A stretch of DNA of 63,113 nucleotides, the filler included, from Octopus bimaculoides (taxonomy: Eukaryota), in assembly GCF_001194135.2 (NCBI RefSeq). It is 7 parts of 5 records of this genome, joined end to end, with 100 filler letters (N's around TTAATTAATTAA, not from the genome) between each part and the next. Parts side by side here need not be neighbours in the genome. Positions count along the whole stretch, not along the records: positions 35,177 to 41,901 come from NC_068995.1; positions 42,002 to 57,281 come from NC_068991.1; 5 more parts are not named here. The stretch is one strand, 5' to 3'. Below the pieces are notes generated by a model. It saw nothing but the letters and a program-made list of their open reading frames with translations. It had not been told where the DNA came from and made no database searches. The translations under genes were made by a program, and so were the position numbers. The stretch's first letter is position 1, and every line of letters starts with the position of its first letter. Below are positions 38,076-50,011 of this stretch, piece after piece.

Positions 38076-38280
38076 CTAGGCACATGGCCCGAAATTTTTA
38101 GGGGAGGGGGCCAGTCGATTAGATCAATCCCAGTACGCAACTAGTACTTAATTTATCGACCCCGACAATATGAAAGGCAAAGTCTACCTCGGTGGAATTT
38201 GAACCCAGAACATAAAGACAGACGAAATACCACTAAGCATTCCGCCCGGAGTGCTAACGATTCTGTCAGCTCTCCGCCTT
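38076..38280 (-). mobile_element. OR-type SINE
   Basis: TGAAAGGCAAAGTCTACCTCGGTGGAATTTGAACCCAGAAC..GCTAACGATTCTGTCAGCTCTCCGCC. Confidence 0.88.
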
Positions 38281-39410
38281 TTAATCAGCTAAAATTACAC
38301 CCACAATGAAAAGAAAAGGCCTATTAGTGTTAATCATAATTCTAAAGCAAGGGGGACAACTCTAAACTTTAAATTGAATGGTGGTATGCAGTGGAAGTAA
38401 GTTTGAACTTTGGTTAAGTACGGTGATAATTTTGGACATGTTTGAGCCATAGTTTACCTCCTCGGTGGAGTATAAACTTAATCGTACTTAACGTGATACT
38501 ATATAAGATGAGTTTGAATCCATCCAAATTTCTTAAATTAGTGTGCTTTAAATACTTGGGTCTATTGTTGCTCTTGCTATTACAGCTGTAGTTAATTCCG
38601 CTTCAATTTCGCTGCCTCTTCTACAATTTTTACGATCCCTTTTTTTTTTTTTTTTTTAGCTGAAGTTATGGTTTATATTGTTGCTTCTGTGGTTCCATTA
38701 TTGCTGGTACAATTGTGAATGCTCTTTTCATGTTGAAAATATGTCAGTATACCTAGATTTTATTGCTCTCATTATTTTTACGGATGCATTAGCGTGTGAT
38801 ATATAAATAAGCACACACAAACACACATGGACACATACACACACACACACATATATGTATATATGTATATGTATGTATGTATGTATGTATATGGGTCATA
38901 TATGCATATATATATATACATANNNNNNNNNNNNNNNNNNNNNNNNNNNNNNNNNNNNNNNNNNNNNNNNNNNNNNNNNNNNNNNNNNNNNNNNNNNNNN
39001 NNNNNNNNNNNNNNNNNNNNNNNNNNNNNNNNNNNNNNNNNNNNNNNNNNNNNNNNNNNNNNNNNNNNNNNNNNNNNNNNNNNNNNNNNNNNNNNNNNNN
39101 NNNNNNNNNNNNNNNNNNNNNNNNNNNNNNNNNNNNNNNNNNNNNNNNNNNNNNNNNNNNNNNNNNNNNNNNNNNNNNNNNNNNNNNNNNNNNNNNNNNN
39201 NNNNNNNNNNNNNNNNNNNNNNNNNNNNNNNNNNNNNNNNNNNNNNNNNNNNNNNNNNNNNNNNNNNNNNNNNNNNNNNNNNNNNNNNNNNNNNNNGTAT
39301 GCATATATATATATGTTTGTTTGTCTGTTTGCGAGTGTGTGTGTATTTTGGCAATTATATAGTAATGTGCCTGTGACTGTGTGGTGAGCATGTGTGCGAA
39401 TCAACTTTAG

Positions 39411-39521
39411 GGAATATACTCAACCTGGATTGGTTTATGCATCATGTGTTGACGAATCTGAGTTGAAGAATCAAAAGGAGAAAAATAAAGGGAGTGACTG
39501 GGTTGCAGTGAGAAGTGAGGA
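39411..39521 (+). CDS. Possible orphan exon (EYTQPGLVYASCVDESELKNQKEKNKGSDWVAVRSE) of an unannotated plus-strand gene
   Basis: Acceptor CAACTTTAG at 39410, a purine-rich open frame and several GTGAG donors; can be chained in frame with 38660-38742 and 40351 onward. No recognisable homology. Confidence 0.25.
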
Positions 39522-39711
39522 GTGAGAAAGCCGTGTGAAAACAAGAAGAAAGCAAAAGAGTACGAAAAACAACAACAACAATTAAAAGAAGAGAGAAAGA
39601 GAAGCATGACATATAAATAAAAACAACAACAAAGCGAGGAAGGACAAAAAGTTTAGTTTTCAGTCATTAGACTGTACCAGCAGCTGTTATGGTCATTGGC
39701 AGTGAACAGCA

Positions 39712-39743
<32 letters not shown>

Positions 39744-40216
39744 NNNNNNNNNNNNNNNNNNNNNNNNNNNNNNNNNNNNNNNNNNNNNNNNNNNNNNNNN
39801 NNNNNNNNNNNNNNNNNNNNNNNNNNNNNNNNNNNNNNNNNNNNNNNNNNNNNNNNNNNNNNNNNNNNNNNNNNNNNNNNNNNNNNNNNNNNNNNNNNNN
39901 NNNNNNNNNNNNNNNNNNNNNNNNNNNNNNNNNNNNNNNNNNNNNNNNNNNNNNNNNNNNNNNNNNNNNNNNNNNNNNNNNNNNNNNNNNNNNNNNNNNN
40001 NNNNNNNNNNNNNNNNNNNNNNNNNNNNNNNNNNNNNNNNNNNNNNNNNNNNNNNNNNNNNNNNNNNNNNNNNNNNNNNNNNNNNNNNNNNNNNNNNNNN
40101 NNNNNNNNNNNNNNNNNNNNNNNNNNNNNNNNNNNNNNNNNNNNNNNNNNNNNNNNNNNNNNNNNNNNNNNNNNNNNNNNNNNNNNNNNNNNNNNNNNNN
40201 NNNNNNNNNNNNNNNN

Positions 40217-40294
<78 letters not shown>

Positions 40295-41011
40295 CCTTCA
40301 TCCACATATACTCACATACACACTGAACCATATTATGTGTGTGTGTTTAGGTATGGAAGTTGTGAAACAGAAAAGCGTGGGAAGGTATAACATGTAACTT
40401 GAAAATTAGAACATTATTCAAGAAATGCCAAACTGCTGGGTTTGAATTTGGATTAAAAGATACGTCAAATGAGATTTTCAAGAGAAGATGAAGTCGAGTT
40501 CGGGTTCGAATTTAATGCAACATTTCAATTTAGCCTACACTGAGTTCCTTATGGTGCTTCTTAACTAATTTGGTTCTAATTTTAAGTTAACCTGTGGATA
40601 TATTTTTAAAGGTGTTTGGTAAGTATAAGTTTCAAAGATTTCTTGTTTGGAAGCATGTTAAAGTATTATGGGTTAGATGTGAGTAATAATATTTTATAAT
40701 TAATAGTAATGATTTAGATAATTAGTGTTAGGATTGAATCTAAATCTGTTAAAATGTCAAGTTTACTTTTACTTCTAAATACGCACTAGTATGCCGAATT
40801 ATGCACATTTGTAATTACAGTCCATATAATTCACTTCTAAAAGTGACATCGAATTCGAGACACGAATCTAATCACAACTTCTAATCATGCATCGTATGTT
40901 TATAAAATAAATTCAACTCTGATATATCCAAAATCACTCATAACTGAAAACTGAACGCATACTTTGAAATGAATTTTGCTCTTGTGTTTTGTTGGTGACA
41001 GATTTACATAT

Positions 41012-41179
41012 ATTTATTTCCCCACAAGGGGCTAAACATAGAGGGGACAAACAAAGGGATTAAGTCGATTACATCGACCCCAGTGCGTAACTGGTACTTA
41101 TTTAATGGACTCCGAAAGGACGAAAGGCAAAGTCGACCTCGGCGGAATTTGAACTCTGAACGTAACGGCAGACGAAATA
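41012..41179 (-). mobile_element. Head-less OR-type SINE abutting a Tx1-like 3' end
   Basis: Begins (minus) at TATTTCGTCTGCC, lacking the A-box head; its tail TTTAGCCCCTTGTGGG.AATAAA is shared with the adjacent LINE UTR. Confidence 0.85.
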
Positions 41180-41180
41180 A

Positions 41181-41901
41181 CAATTTCTTTATTGCCCACC
41201 AGGGGCTAAACATAGAAATGGACAGAGCAACTGATGGGATCATTAAATCGGTATGATTTTACATAAAATATGACTTTTAAAATTAAATGAAATATATAAA
41301 AATCGAATGAAATTAACAATACAGAGACAATACAAATGAAGCGATGATCAGGCCACGCAATTTCTTTATTACCCACCGGGGGCTAAACACAGAACGTACA
41401 ATACAACTGATTAGGGTTAGTAGTCCAATATGGTTATACATAAAAGTGACTTTAAAATTTGAATAAAATAATATATAAAAATTGAATGATATTAACAAAA
41501 CAAAAAGAATGGCACAAATGAAGCGATGATCAGGCCACGCTCCGACCCCACAAGCCCCCATCTATCGCCGGTACCTTTTTTGTTCTTTTTTTTCCGTCTA
41601 TTCACACGGTTCCTTGCACGCACAACACTCGTGAAACATGCTTCCATCTCTTTTGGAACGTACACTCTGACAGACATCTCTTCTCCAGCCACACCTTCCT
41701 TTTTAAATGAAAAGTAAAAAATGATCGTAAATTGTGGCCAGAGATAAAGTTGCCTGTCTTAATTCCTTTTATCCTAGTCTTTCATACTGCCTCTTTCGCT
41801 ATTGCTACAACCGTGAGAAAACAATTCTTACCTTCGTTTGTTAAAACTCCCGGTGGGTCAATTTTTATAATTGACTCAGTCGACAGCTGTACTCTTCCTT
41901 C
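41181..41901 (-). mobile_element. Tx1/L1-like LINE 3' end with a tandemly duplicated 3' UTR
   Basis: RVQLSTESIIKIDP..FLTVVAIAKEAV*KTRIKG..FTFHLKRKVWLEKRCL aligns with the C-terminus of the 28-kb element; UTR units are 41181-41357 and 41358-41539. Confidence 0.85.
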
Positions 41902-42001
41902 NNNNNNNNNNNNNNNNNNNNNNNNNNNNNNNNNNNNNNNNNNNNTTAATTAATTAANNNNNNNNNNNNNNNNNNNNNNNNNNNNNNNNNNNNNNNNNNN
42001 N

Positions 42002-42665
42002 TTGTTAAAGAGGACAACAGACGTTAAGGCAAAGCAAACATCTCAAGTCGTATACAATATTATTATTGGAAAAAATTCAAATTCTTACAATTATTTCTGG
42101 AATATCCCCGAGTATAGAATATTCTGTCATTAGAGGCAAATTGGGAAAAATAAGAATGGTATATATATATTAATGAGATGGGAGTAAAAAAAAATAAGAA
42201 GAGGAGAGAAAGAAGAAAAAAGAAACATAAAAGTTCATAGTTCAACTTTCCGATGTTGTAGAAACAAGAGCATAAGTCCTTAGGTGCAATCCTGCGTAGA
42301 TCCATGTGGGTTAAAATCCTGATATAGTAAACGTCTTTTTTTCTCTGGATTTAAAACCCACATGGAACTATGCAGGATTGCACCTAAGGACTTATGCACT
42401 TGTTCCTACAACATCGAAAAGTTGAACTATGAACTTTTATGTTTCCTTTTCTTCTTTCTCTCCATCTCCTTATTCTTTTACTCCCTCCCTCTATGTCATC
42501 GCATTAATATATATATTTCATTCTCATTTTCCCTATTTTTCCCTATTTGTCTCTAATGGCGGGATATCTCAGAAAAAACTGTGGGACTGAATTTTTTCCA
42601 ATTATAATAGTGTATACGACTCGAGATGTTTGCCTTGCTTTAACATTTGTTGACCTGTTTAACAA
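42002..42665. mobile_element. Fold-back element: ~318-bp inverted arms with a 27-nt spacer
   Basis: Arms 42002-42319 and 42347-42665 (TTGTTAAA...TTTAACAA); mirrored ORF-track peptides RIAPKDLC appear on both strands. Confidence 0.9.
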
Positions 42666-42807
42666 TTATATATCCGCTGCATCGGAAATCTGCAATATCT
42701 CCATAACTACCGTCTCAGCTATAAACTTGGAGCCCCAGTAATCCGTTACAGCACTTACCTAGCGTACCTAATCGTTTAGATTACTTGTGAACTAAACCCC
42801 CATACTT

Positions 42808-42876
<69 letters not shown>

Positions 42877-42908
42877 GTCCATCCATCCATCCATCCATCC
42901 ATCCATCC

Positions 42909-42972
<64 letters not shown>

Positions 42973-43149
42973 GCATATACATATATATATTTCCCTTACG
43001 TATTTCGAGACTAATAACCTGGTATAGAACTCAGTATATGCTTACTTCAAAACAAAGTGCTAAACGAGTATAGAGAGGTAATAGGAAAATGAGATGACAA
43101 AGGAATAAATTATTATCTTATGAACTTCATTATCTTACAGCTGTTTCTA

Positions 43150-43475
43150 AAAGCCCCTTCAGTCATGAATGATCAGAGGATTGCATCTAGAAAGTTTCCC
43201 TCCGAGGCAGAAGTCCGGGCAAGGTTGTTTGTGGGAGACCACCAGTCGCTCATGCATATCAGTCTTCCCTCTCCACGCCATCGATGTTGTCTAAGAGAAA
43301 TATAAAGACCGATACAGCTTGGCTGTCAGTGATGACGCAACCCATTTCTACAGCTGAATGAACTGGAGTAACGTCAAATAAAGTGTCTTGCTCAAAACAC
43401 AATACACAGCCCGGTCCAGGAATCGAATTTACAATTTCCCGATTGTAAGCCCGATGCTCTAACCACTGGGCCTTG
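43150..43475 (-). mobile_element. tRNA-headed SINE with an RTE-like 3' tail
   Basis: Reverse B-box CCAGGAATCGAA and CAAAACAC..GTGTCTTGCTC core; the tail TCAGTCATGAATGA..GGATTGCA.CTAGAAAGTT.CCCTCCGAGGCA resembles RTE LINE 3' ends. Confidence 0.75.
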
Positions 43476-43486
43476 CCATGCACCTT

Positions 43487-43549
<63 letters not shown>

Positions 43550-43551
43550 TC

Positions 43552-44900
43552 CTATACTCGGGAACGAATACTCCTTGAACTCAGATCAATACTAATCAAA
43601 AGACATTACCCAATATCTTTAATAAATGATGGAATTAAACGAGCTAAGGAAATAGACATACGAACATTAAGGGAAGTCAACCGAAATACTAAACCAGACT
43701 TAAAAATACTGCCATACGTCTCCACACATAACACTAGAAACAACGAAGCCTTTAACGTTATCATCCAAAATCTACCCATCCTTACAAGAGATAAAACAAT
43801 GAACAAATTTTAGACTTGCACAAAATTATCAAAAGTAAAATGCAATCTAAATCACTGAAAAAATATTAACCAGCGCAAGGCTGTATCCATTAACAACAGA
43901 ACCAAAAGTGAAAAAATGTGGTCGACCTAACTGTGGTACTTGCCCCCACCTTTTGGAGGGGTTCAGAGTTCCACTTTAAACAAGGTGAAATATTTAAGAT
44001 TAAATCAAATTTCGCCTGTGCCTCGGAAAATCTAATCTATGCCATTATATGCTTAGGGTGTGGTAATAATTATATTGGCCAAACAGGAATGTCACTCCGT
44101 AGAAGAACCACTCTCCACAAAGAACAAAGCCGTCACCCACATTACAGACAGATACAGATCAGTGGACACATAGAAAGGTGTGCGAGGAATCTTAATCCTA
44201 TTTTCCTAATTTTTCCCCTCTATCAATGTTCACAGAACACCTCAATAAACAAAGAATGAATAAAGAGGCAACTTTCATCAATAAATATCTTCCACAACTA
44301 AATATGAACACATAACATAATATAGAACACTACTAACCTTCCATTTAATACCACTAATCCCCATACACCCCATACACCATTCACATTACAGAGCTAGATC
44401 TACCCTAATTGCACCAAATCCAGAACTACTTACCTCCCTTACACATAATCTTTTTACTCAGGGACTAGTAGACCTGACACCGTTCAGTATTCGGTGTGCT
44501 TTCAAAGCAATGATTAGAGTTATTACGAAACCAATATGCTTTTGAATCTCTTTAACAGCTCACAATAATGACTTTTATTACTTTTATTCCTACCTCAGTT
44601 CATCTAATTGTATATATCTATCATTACTTTTCATAAAAAGCCTTTACTTTTTTTGATTTTCAATGTGCATTTTCGCTTATTTTTCTTCTTACTTTCCCAT
44701 TACATTTCCACGTGTAGTTTCTATTTTGTTTTTGTAACATATTTCTATTATATATATATATATATATATAAACATACACACACACATTGCTTGGATAAAC
44801 TTAGTTGATGGAAGTCCTTTAGTCTGCTACGTTACCGATGTAAGACCTTATCCGGAACTTAGAAAGCAGAACACCCTCCTCAGTTTACTATATTACGCAT
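43552..44900 (+). mobile_element. Penelope-like element 3' part (RT thumb, GIY-YIG endonuclease, 3' region)
   Basis: LRSILIKRHYP..KCGRPNCGTC..NLIYAIICLGCGNNYIGQTG.SLRRR..HKEQ..GHI..C..FPLY..KE..FINKYLPQLN, with a few frameshifts; 5'-truncated at a (CA)n. Confidence 0.9.
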
Positions 44901-44978
44901 CCAAGATTCTACCTTATCTGTATTTAGTAGGCAAGACGCCTCTCTGAGTTATTTTCTTTCTGCCATGTTTCGTATTAC

Positions 44979-45146
44979 CTTGACTTTTTCCTTGAGAGCA
45001 CTTTCGTTCAGTACATGTTATAGTTCCTTTCGATTTGCAAGTACACGTATTACATTTATCTCCAGCTGTGAACGTCTGCCCGATAACGTGTACCTCTCCG
45101 TGGTAGTGGCAAAGAAAATAATTGTGCTTCATCTGTGTCGAAGTCT
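44979..45146 (-). CDS. Exon 3 of a secreted Cys-module protein (VWC/pacifastin-like 6-Cys repeat 2)
   Basis: TTTTCTTTCAG acceptor, AAG|GTAATAC donor, 168 nt, phase 1-1; TSTQMKHNYFLCHYHGEVHVIGQTFTAGDKCNTCTCKSKGTITCTERKCSQGKSQ. Confidence 0.85.
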
Positions 45147-46354
45147 CTGAAAGAAAAGTTTAACAAGAATTCAGTATGAATTCGAAGACGTTTCTGCTTC
45201 TCGCATAAAAAATAGTTGACTAGTTTATTAGCCTTTTGAATATAACACCAAGACGACAGAAAAGCGACACAATGTTATAAATCATTAATGTAGCTAGCAA
45301 GAAAATACACCGGTTACAAACTTCTAATTTGCATTGAAATACATTCATAATGATTGAACTCAAAATCAAAATGAATAATCATTACATCAATATTGAAAGA
45401 ATAATTTCTCAGTTTTAATTCCCATTTATTTATCGGAATTGATGTGTTCATTGCAATAATGTCATTTAGGATTACAATTTAGTTTGAATAAATTCCACTA
45501 ATGAGATTAAACGGAAACAGCTCAGTGATAAGATATAGGACTACAAATCACAGGAAACAAGTATGTGTTAAAATCATTAGCTGAAGGCATTTCACATGGT
45601 TTAGGGGAGGATAACGATGTGCACCGATTCACTGCTTCCAACATGTTTTTTGTTATAGTTTGACATCATCAACAGCGAAGACGTTATCTATAATTTATTG
45701 AACTCAGCTCCATGAGACTGGAGACAAGAATTTGATTTTAGAATTCCTGGGCACTTTTTGGGGTTACTGTTGACAGAAAATGTATAAGCCAATCACTGTA
45801 ATATTTTATTTCGTTTTTGGATTTGGTTTGCAAGATATTTTTATGTGATTTCGTGTGTTGAAGCATATTCTGTTGTGTCTGTGGAGAGTCATTTTCTTAT
45901 TGTGCCTTAAAATTTAACACACTCATCGTTAAAATTTCCACTTATTTCTTATTTTTATTTTCCTAAAATTTTCGTTGCATCTTGCAACCTTTTCAATAGT
46001 CTTGACTCTGTCCGTTATTTACGCTGCGTTCTGTTTTTGCTTTTGTTTGTTTTTGCACATGTGTGTGTCTCAGTGTGCATGTGTATGTATGCATGTGTGC
46101 ATGTGTGTGTATGTATGTCTGTGTGTGTGTGTGCATATGTATATATGTATATATGTGTGTATGTATATATGTATGTATGTGTGTGTTTGCATGTACGTAT
46201 GTATGTATTCTGCATATTCCTGTGTTTGTGTGTTTTTTTTTTTTATGTATGTGTGTGCATGTGTGTATATGTATGTATATACATCTGTCTCCTTGTGTGT
46301 GCATGTCTGAGTGTGTGTATGTGTGTGTGTGTGTGTGTGTTTTGCTGCTATGTA

Positions 46355-47800
46355 CCATGTTGGGAAATTCACCGATTCATTCGCATCTACCATCGTATCT
46401 ATAGATTTTTATGCGAAAGGAGCACCAGGAAGTGACTGCAACAGTTAATCATTGAGTTTTGTAACGGTCACATTTTTCGGAGCCAGCACTGCTCTTTCAG
46501 ACAGCCATTCATGGCTGAAGTAATTATCTTTTAAATGGGGAAAAACTTTATGGGTGAGTTCGGCCAAAGATGAAACAGAAGTTGTGAACGGGTGGACGTC
46601 CAGTTCCCCATCAGCGTCAAGAGACACTTTACCATCACGAAGTTTCAGAATGTCACTTGAGAAGTTAGCCGACGTTTGGTCGCCGAGCAATCGAGCCCTC
46701 ATTTTGATTGTCAGGGTCAGTGACCTGACATGATGCCAGAGCGGAGACGACTTAAGGCATGCTTGAACCTCATCTGCTCGCGTGCCTTTGGGGATAACAG
46801 GAAGAGTTTGCCCAAAGTCACCTGAAAGCAAAAGCGTAACAACTCCCATGTGGGCTTTGTAACCCCTGATATCCTGAAGGGTTTTGTTTAATGCGTCGAA
46901 GGCTCCCTTGTGGGTCAAAGTACACTCGTTCCACACAATAAGCTGACAGCGTTTCAGCACTTGGGCCTGGTCAGAGTTCTTGCTTATATTGCAGGTAGGT
47001 GTTTCTGACATAGTTAAATTGAAAACAACTTAAAGGTGGTGTATGCAGTTCTGCTGCCAGGCAGCAAATTTGTAGCAATCCCTGAAGATGCGACCACAAC
47101 CACAATGCTCTTTTAAATCCTGACCTTCGCTAGGATGAGCTTCGTTACAAAGGTTTTGCCTGTACCCCCTGGAGCATCAAGAAAAAACAAACCACTTTTC
47201 CTGTGGCGCACACAATAGTATAAACATGCCGTTGATCCGGAAGAAGCTTTGGTTCAGTTTCTAAGACGAAATTGGTAAGGGCATCTGTGTCGTAGGACGT
47301 CTCTCGCAAAAGAGCTGTAGAAAGTAAGTTTGACTCTGAACGTAGCGGCTTAGGCAGACCGTATGAGGGCAAGTCATTGCCACCGAATGATACAACTGTA
47401 CTTTCAATGTCGATCACGGCTTGAGTGTATACCTCATCGCTTATACTTTCTATCCCAGGAAAAAGCAACTTCGCCTGACGTATGAAGTCCTCCGACAAGT
47501 CGTCTTTAAATTTGAGCCACAAAGACAAAGGGTTGTTCAGTTCACAAATTTGCAGCATAACAGCAAATAGAACTCGTAGATGCTTAGTTGTCTGGGGTGC
47601 AACAGCTTCGAATAACGTCGCCTCCCATTGCGCATCATCTTCCAGCAAACTCGCTTGAGGCATGCGTACTTGTAAGTGCTGCATGCAGAGCCATCGACAG
47701 TCCTTAAGTCATCAAACGACTGGGGCCCACATACCTCATGCAACAGACGGTGAAGATAAAAGCACTTGTGTTGGCTCGGATGCACTGTGTAGCTGTTATA
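46355..47800 (-). mobile_element. Helitron RepHel fragment (post-Rep linker plus PIF1-like helicase), degenerate
   Basis: YTVHPSQ..CFYL.RLL..V.GP.SF.DLRTVDG, LLEDD.QW, DAPGGTGKT (frameshifted), VASSGIA, IVW.EC, LL.GDF.QTLPVIP, WLSERAVLAPKN. Confidence 0.92.
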
Positions 47801-47899
47801 GTGGATCCCTAGCATAAATAAATCTGAATAATCTGGTGTCACATCAAATGCTGGACCAATAAACACATTGATTAAGTGGTATGCAGCTTCATTTTGCTT

Positions 47900-48377
47900 C
47901 TGTAGTTCAGTTTCAGTCTTCCGGTCATCCGCTGAGTACCGCGACGTCATGAAACTCTTTGGGTCAAACTGCAAATGTGTACCGAGTTTGGTTGAAATCG
48001 GACGACTTTTTGAAAAAATCGATAATTATCGATCAAGTTTTTGTGAAAACCGAACATTGATCGAAGCAGTTGTTATGACTAAAGCATGCCTCGGAACACA
48101 ACTAATGCATATCTGAAATTTCAATCGAATCGATCCGGTGGTTCAGCGGTTTGGCCCGGCTTCACCCGAAAGCACTTGTACACGGAAACCGTAAACAGCG
48201 CTAAAATATAACTTTTAGAAAAGCAGCTTGGGTTTTGATTTGATTCAAGAGGTTACCAAGGTTATTGCTTTAAAAATGTCACGTCACAAACCGTCTTTTC
48301 TCAAGTGTAAGGCCTCATGTTTCCGCAGTTTCATGATAATTTATTAAGACCCGTGCAACGCCGGTTACTACTACTAG
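47900..48377 (+). mobile_element. Helitron 3' terminus (non-coding)
   Basis: Sub-terminal hairpin CCCGTGCAACGCCGG (48350-48364), CTAG at 48374-48377 followed by T; internal GTGTACCGAGTTTGGTTGAAATCGG is typical of non-autonomous Helitrons. Confidence 0.75.
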
Positions 48378-49248
48378 TGAAAGCTTGTGCAGTGCAGAGG
48401 CTGTTATTGCTTTAACTATCTCATGCTACACATAGAAATCGCTTTCATTTATTGTAATGGAAAGCTTCAGTGCCGGATGTTTACTGTTATTGGCAGTGGC
48501 TATTTTGAGGTCACGTGGGGGGTCACAATGTGTGTGCACACCATGGTGGAGATTAATTGTTTATGCATCGGAGAAGGAATGGGGTCAGTGTTCTCAGAAA
48601 AACAAATCAGGAGCTACTTCAACAAAGGCATTTTGTTCGANNNNNNNNNNNNNNNNNNNNNNNNNNNNNNNNNNNNNNNNNNNNNNNNNNNNNNNNNNNN
48701 NNNNNNNNNNNNNNNNNNNNNNNNNNNNNNNNNNNNNNNNNNNNNNNNNNNNNNNNNNNNNNNNNNNNNNNNNNNNNNNNNNNNNNNNNNNNNNNNNNNN
48801 NNNNNNNNNNNNNNNNNNNNNNNNNNNNNNNNNNNNNNNNNNNNNNNNNNNNNNNNNNNNNNNNNNNNNNNNNNNNNNNNNNNNNNNNNNNNNNNNNNNN
48901 NNNNNNNNNNNNNNNNNNNNNNNNNNNNNNNNNNNNNNNNNNNNNNNNNNNNNNNNNNNNNNNNNNNNNNNNNNNNNNNNNNNNNNNNNNNNNNNNNNNN
49001 NNNNNNNNNNNNNNNNNNNNNNNNNNNNNNNNNNNNNNNNNNNNNNNNNNNNNNNNNNNNNNNNNNNNNNNNNNNNNNNNNNNNNNNNNNNNNNNNNNNN
49101 NNNNNNNNNNNNNNNNNNNNNNNNNNNNNNNNNNNNNNNNNNNNNNNNNNNNNNNNNNNNNNNNNNNNNNNNNNNNNNNNNNNNNNNNNNNNNNNNNNNN
49201 NNNNNNNNNNNNNNNNNNNNNNNNNNNNNNNNNNNNNNNNNNNNNNNN

Positions 49249-49297
<49 letters not shown>

Positions 49298-50011
49298 CTG
49301 TTATATATATATAGAGAGATTGTATGCAAAAATTGAATCCATTAACGTTGTCATTTCCCTATTATCATACAAGCAACGTGTTGGAGACTGACTTGACATT
49401 CACAAAGAGGCATTCAGAAAACTACTTTATTGAGTGTATAATGAATTAAAGTTAAAATCATTAAGAAACATATATTACACACTGAATTGGATGTTAACAT
49501 AGAAACAGCCTCCTGATCCACATTTTATTAATTTAGATTTCAAGATATTGTTCCTCTCACAACCGCCCACTTCCAAACCCAAAATTATTCTTTAAAATCG
49601 TATAACATTTATTATACTGTAAAGAAAGTAAAGCCAGATGATAGCAATAAGATTCTTAAGTTGCTGATGTATCATTATAACACGTTATCTACTGGAGAAT
49701 ATGATTGTACTCATTATCAGCCGAATTGTTTCTTAAAAAAACATTCCTACAAATACATACATACATACATACATACATGCATACATACATACAGACATTG
49801 GTACACACACTTATGTATATATACTGTATATAAGTATATACATATGTGTGTGTGTGTGTGTAAATTGTTAAAAACACTAGTCACATACTAGTCATATACG
49901 TTTAGAAGAACGCAATATTTGTTTTTGCATAAAACGGCGATGGAGTTTATGACATAACTAATGTTCAGTACATTCTGTATCAAAAACAACTTTTAGTATT
50001 TTATTTATATT

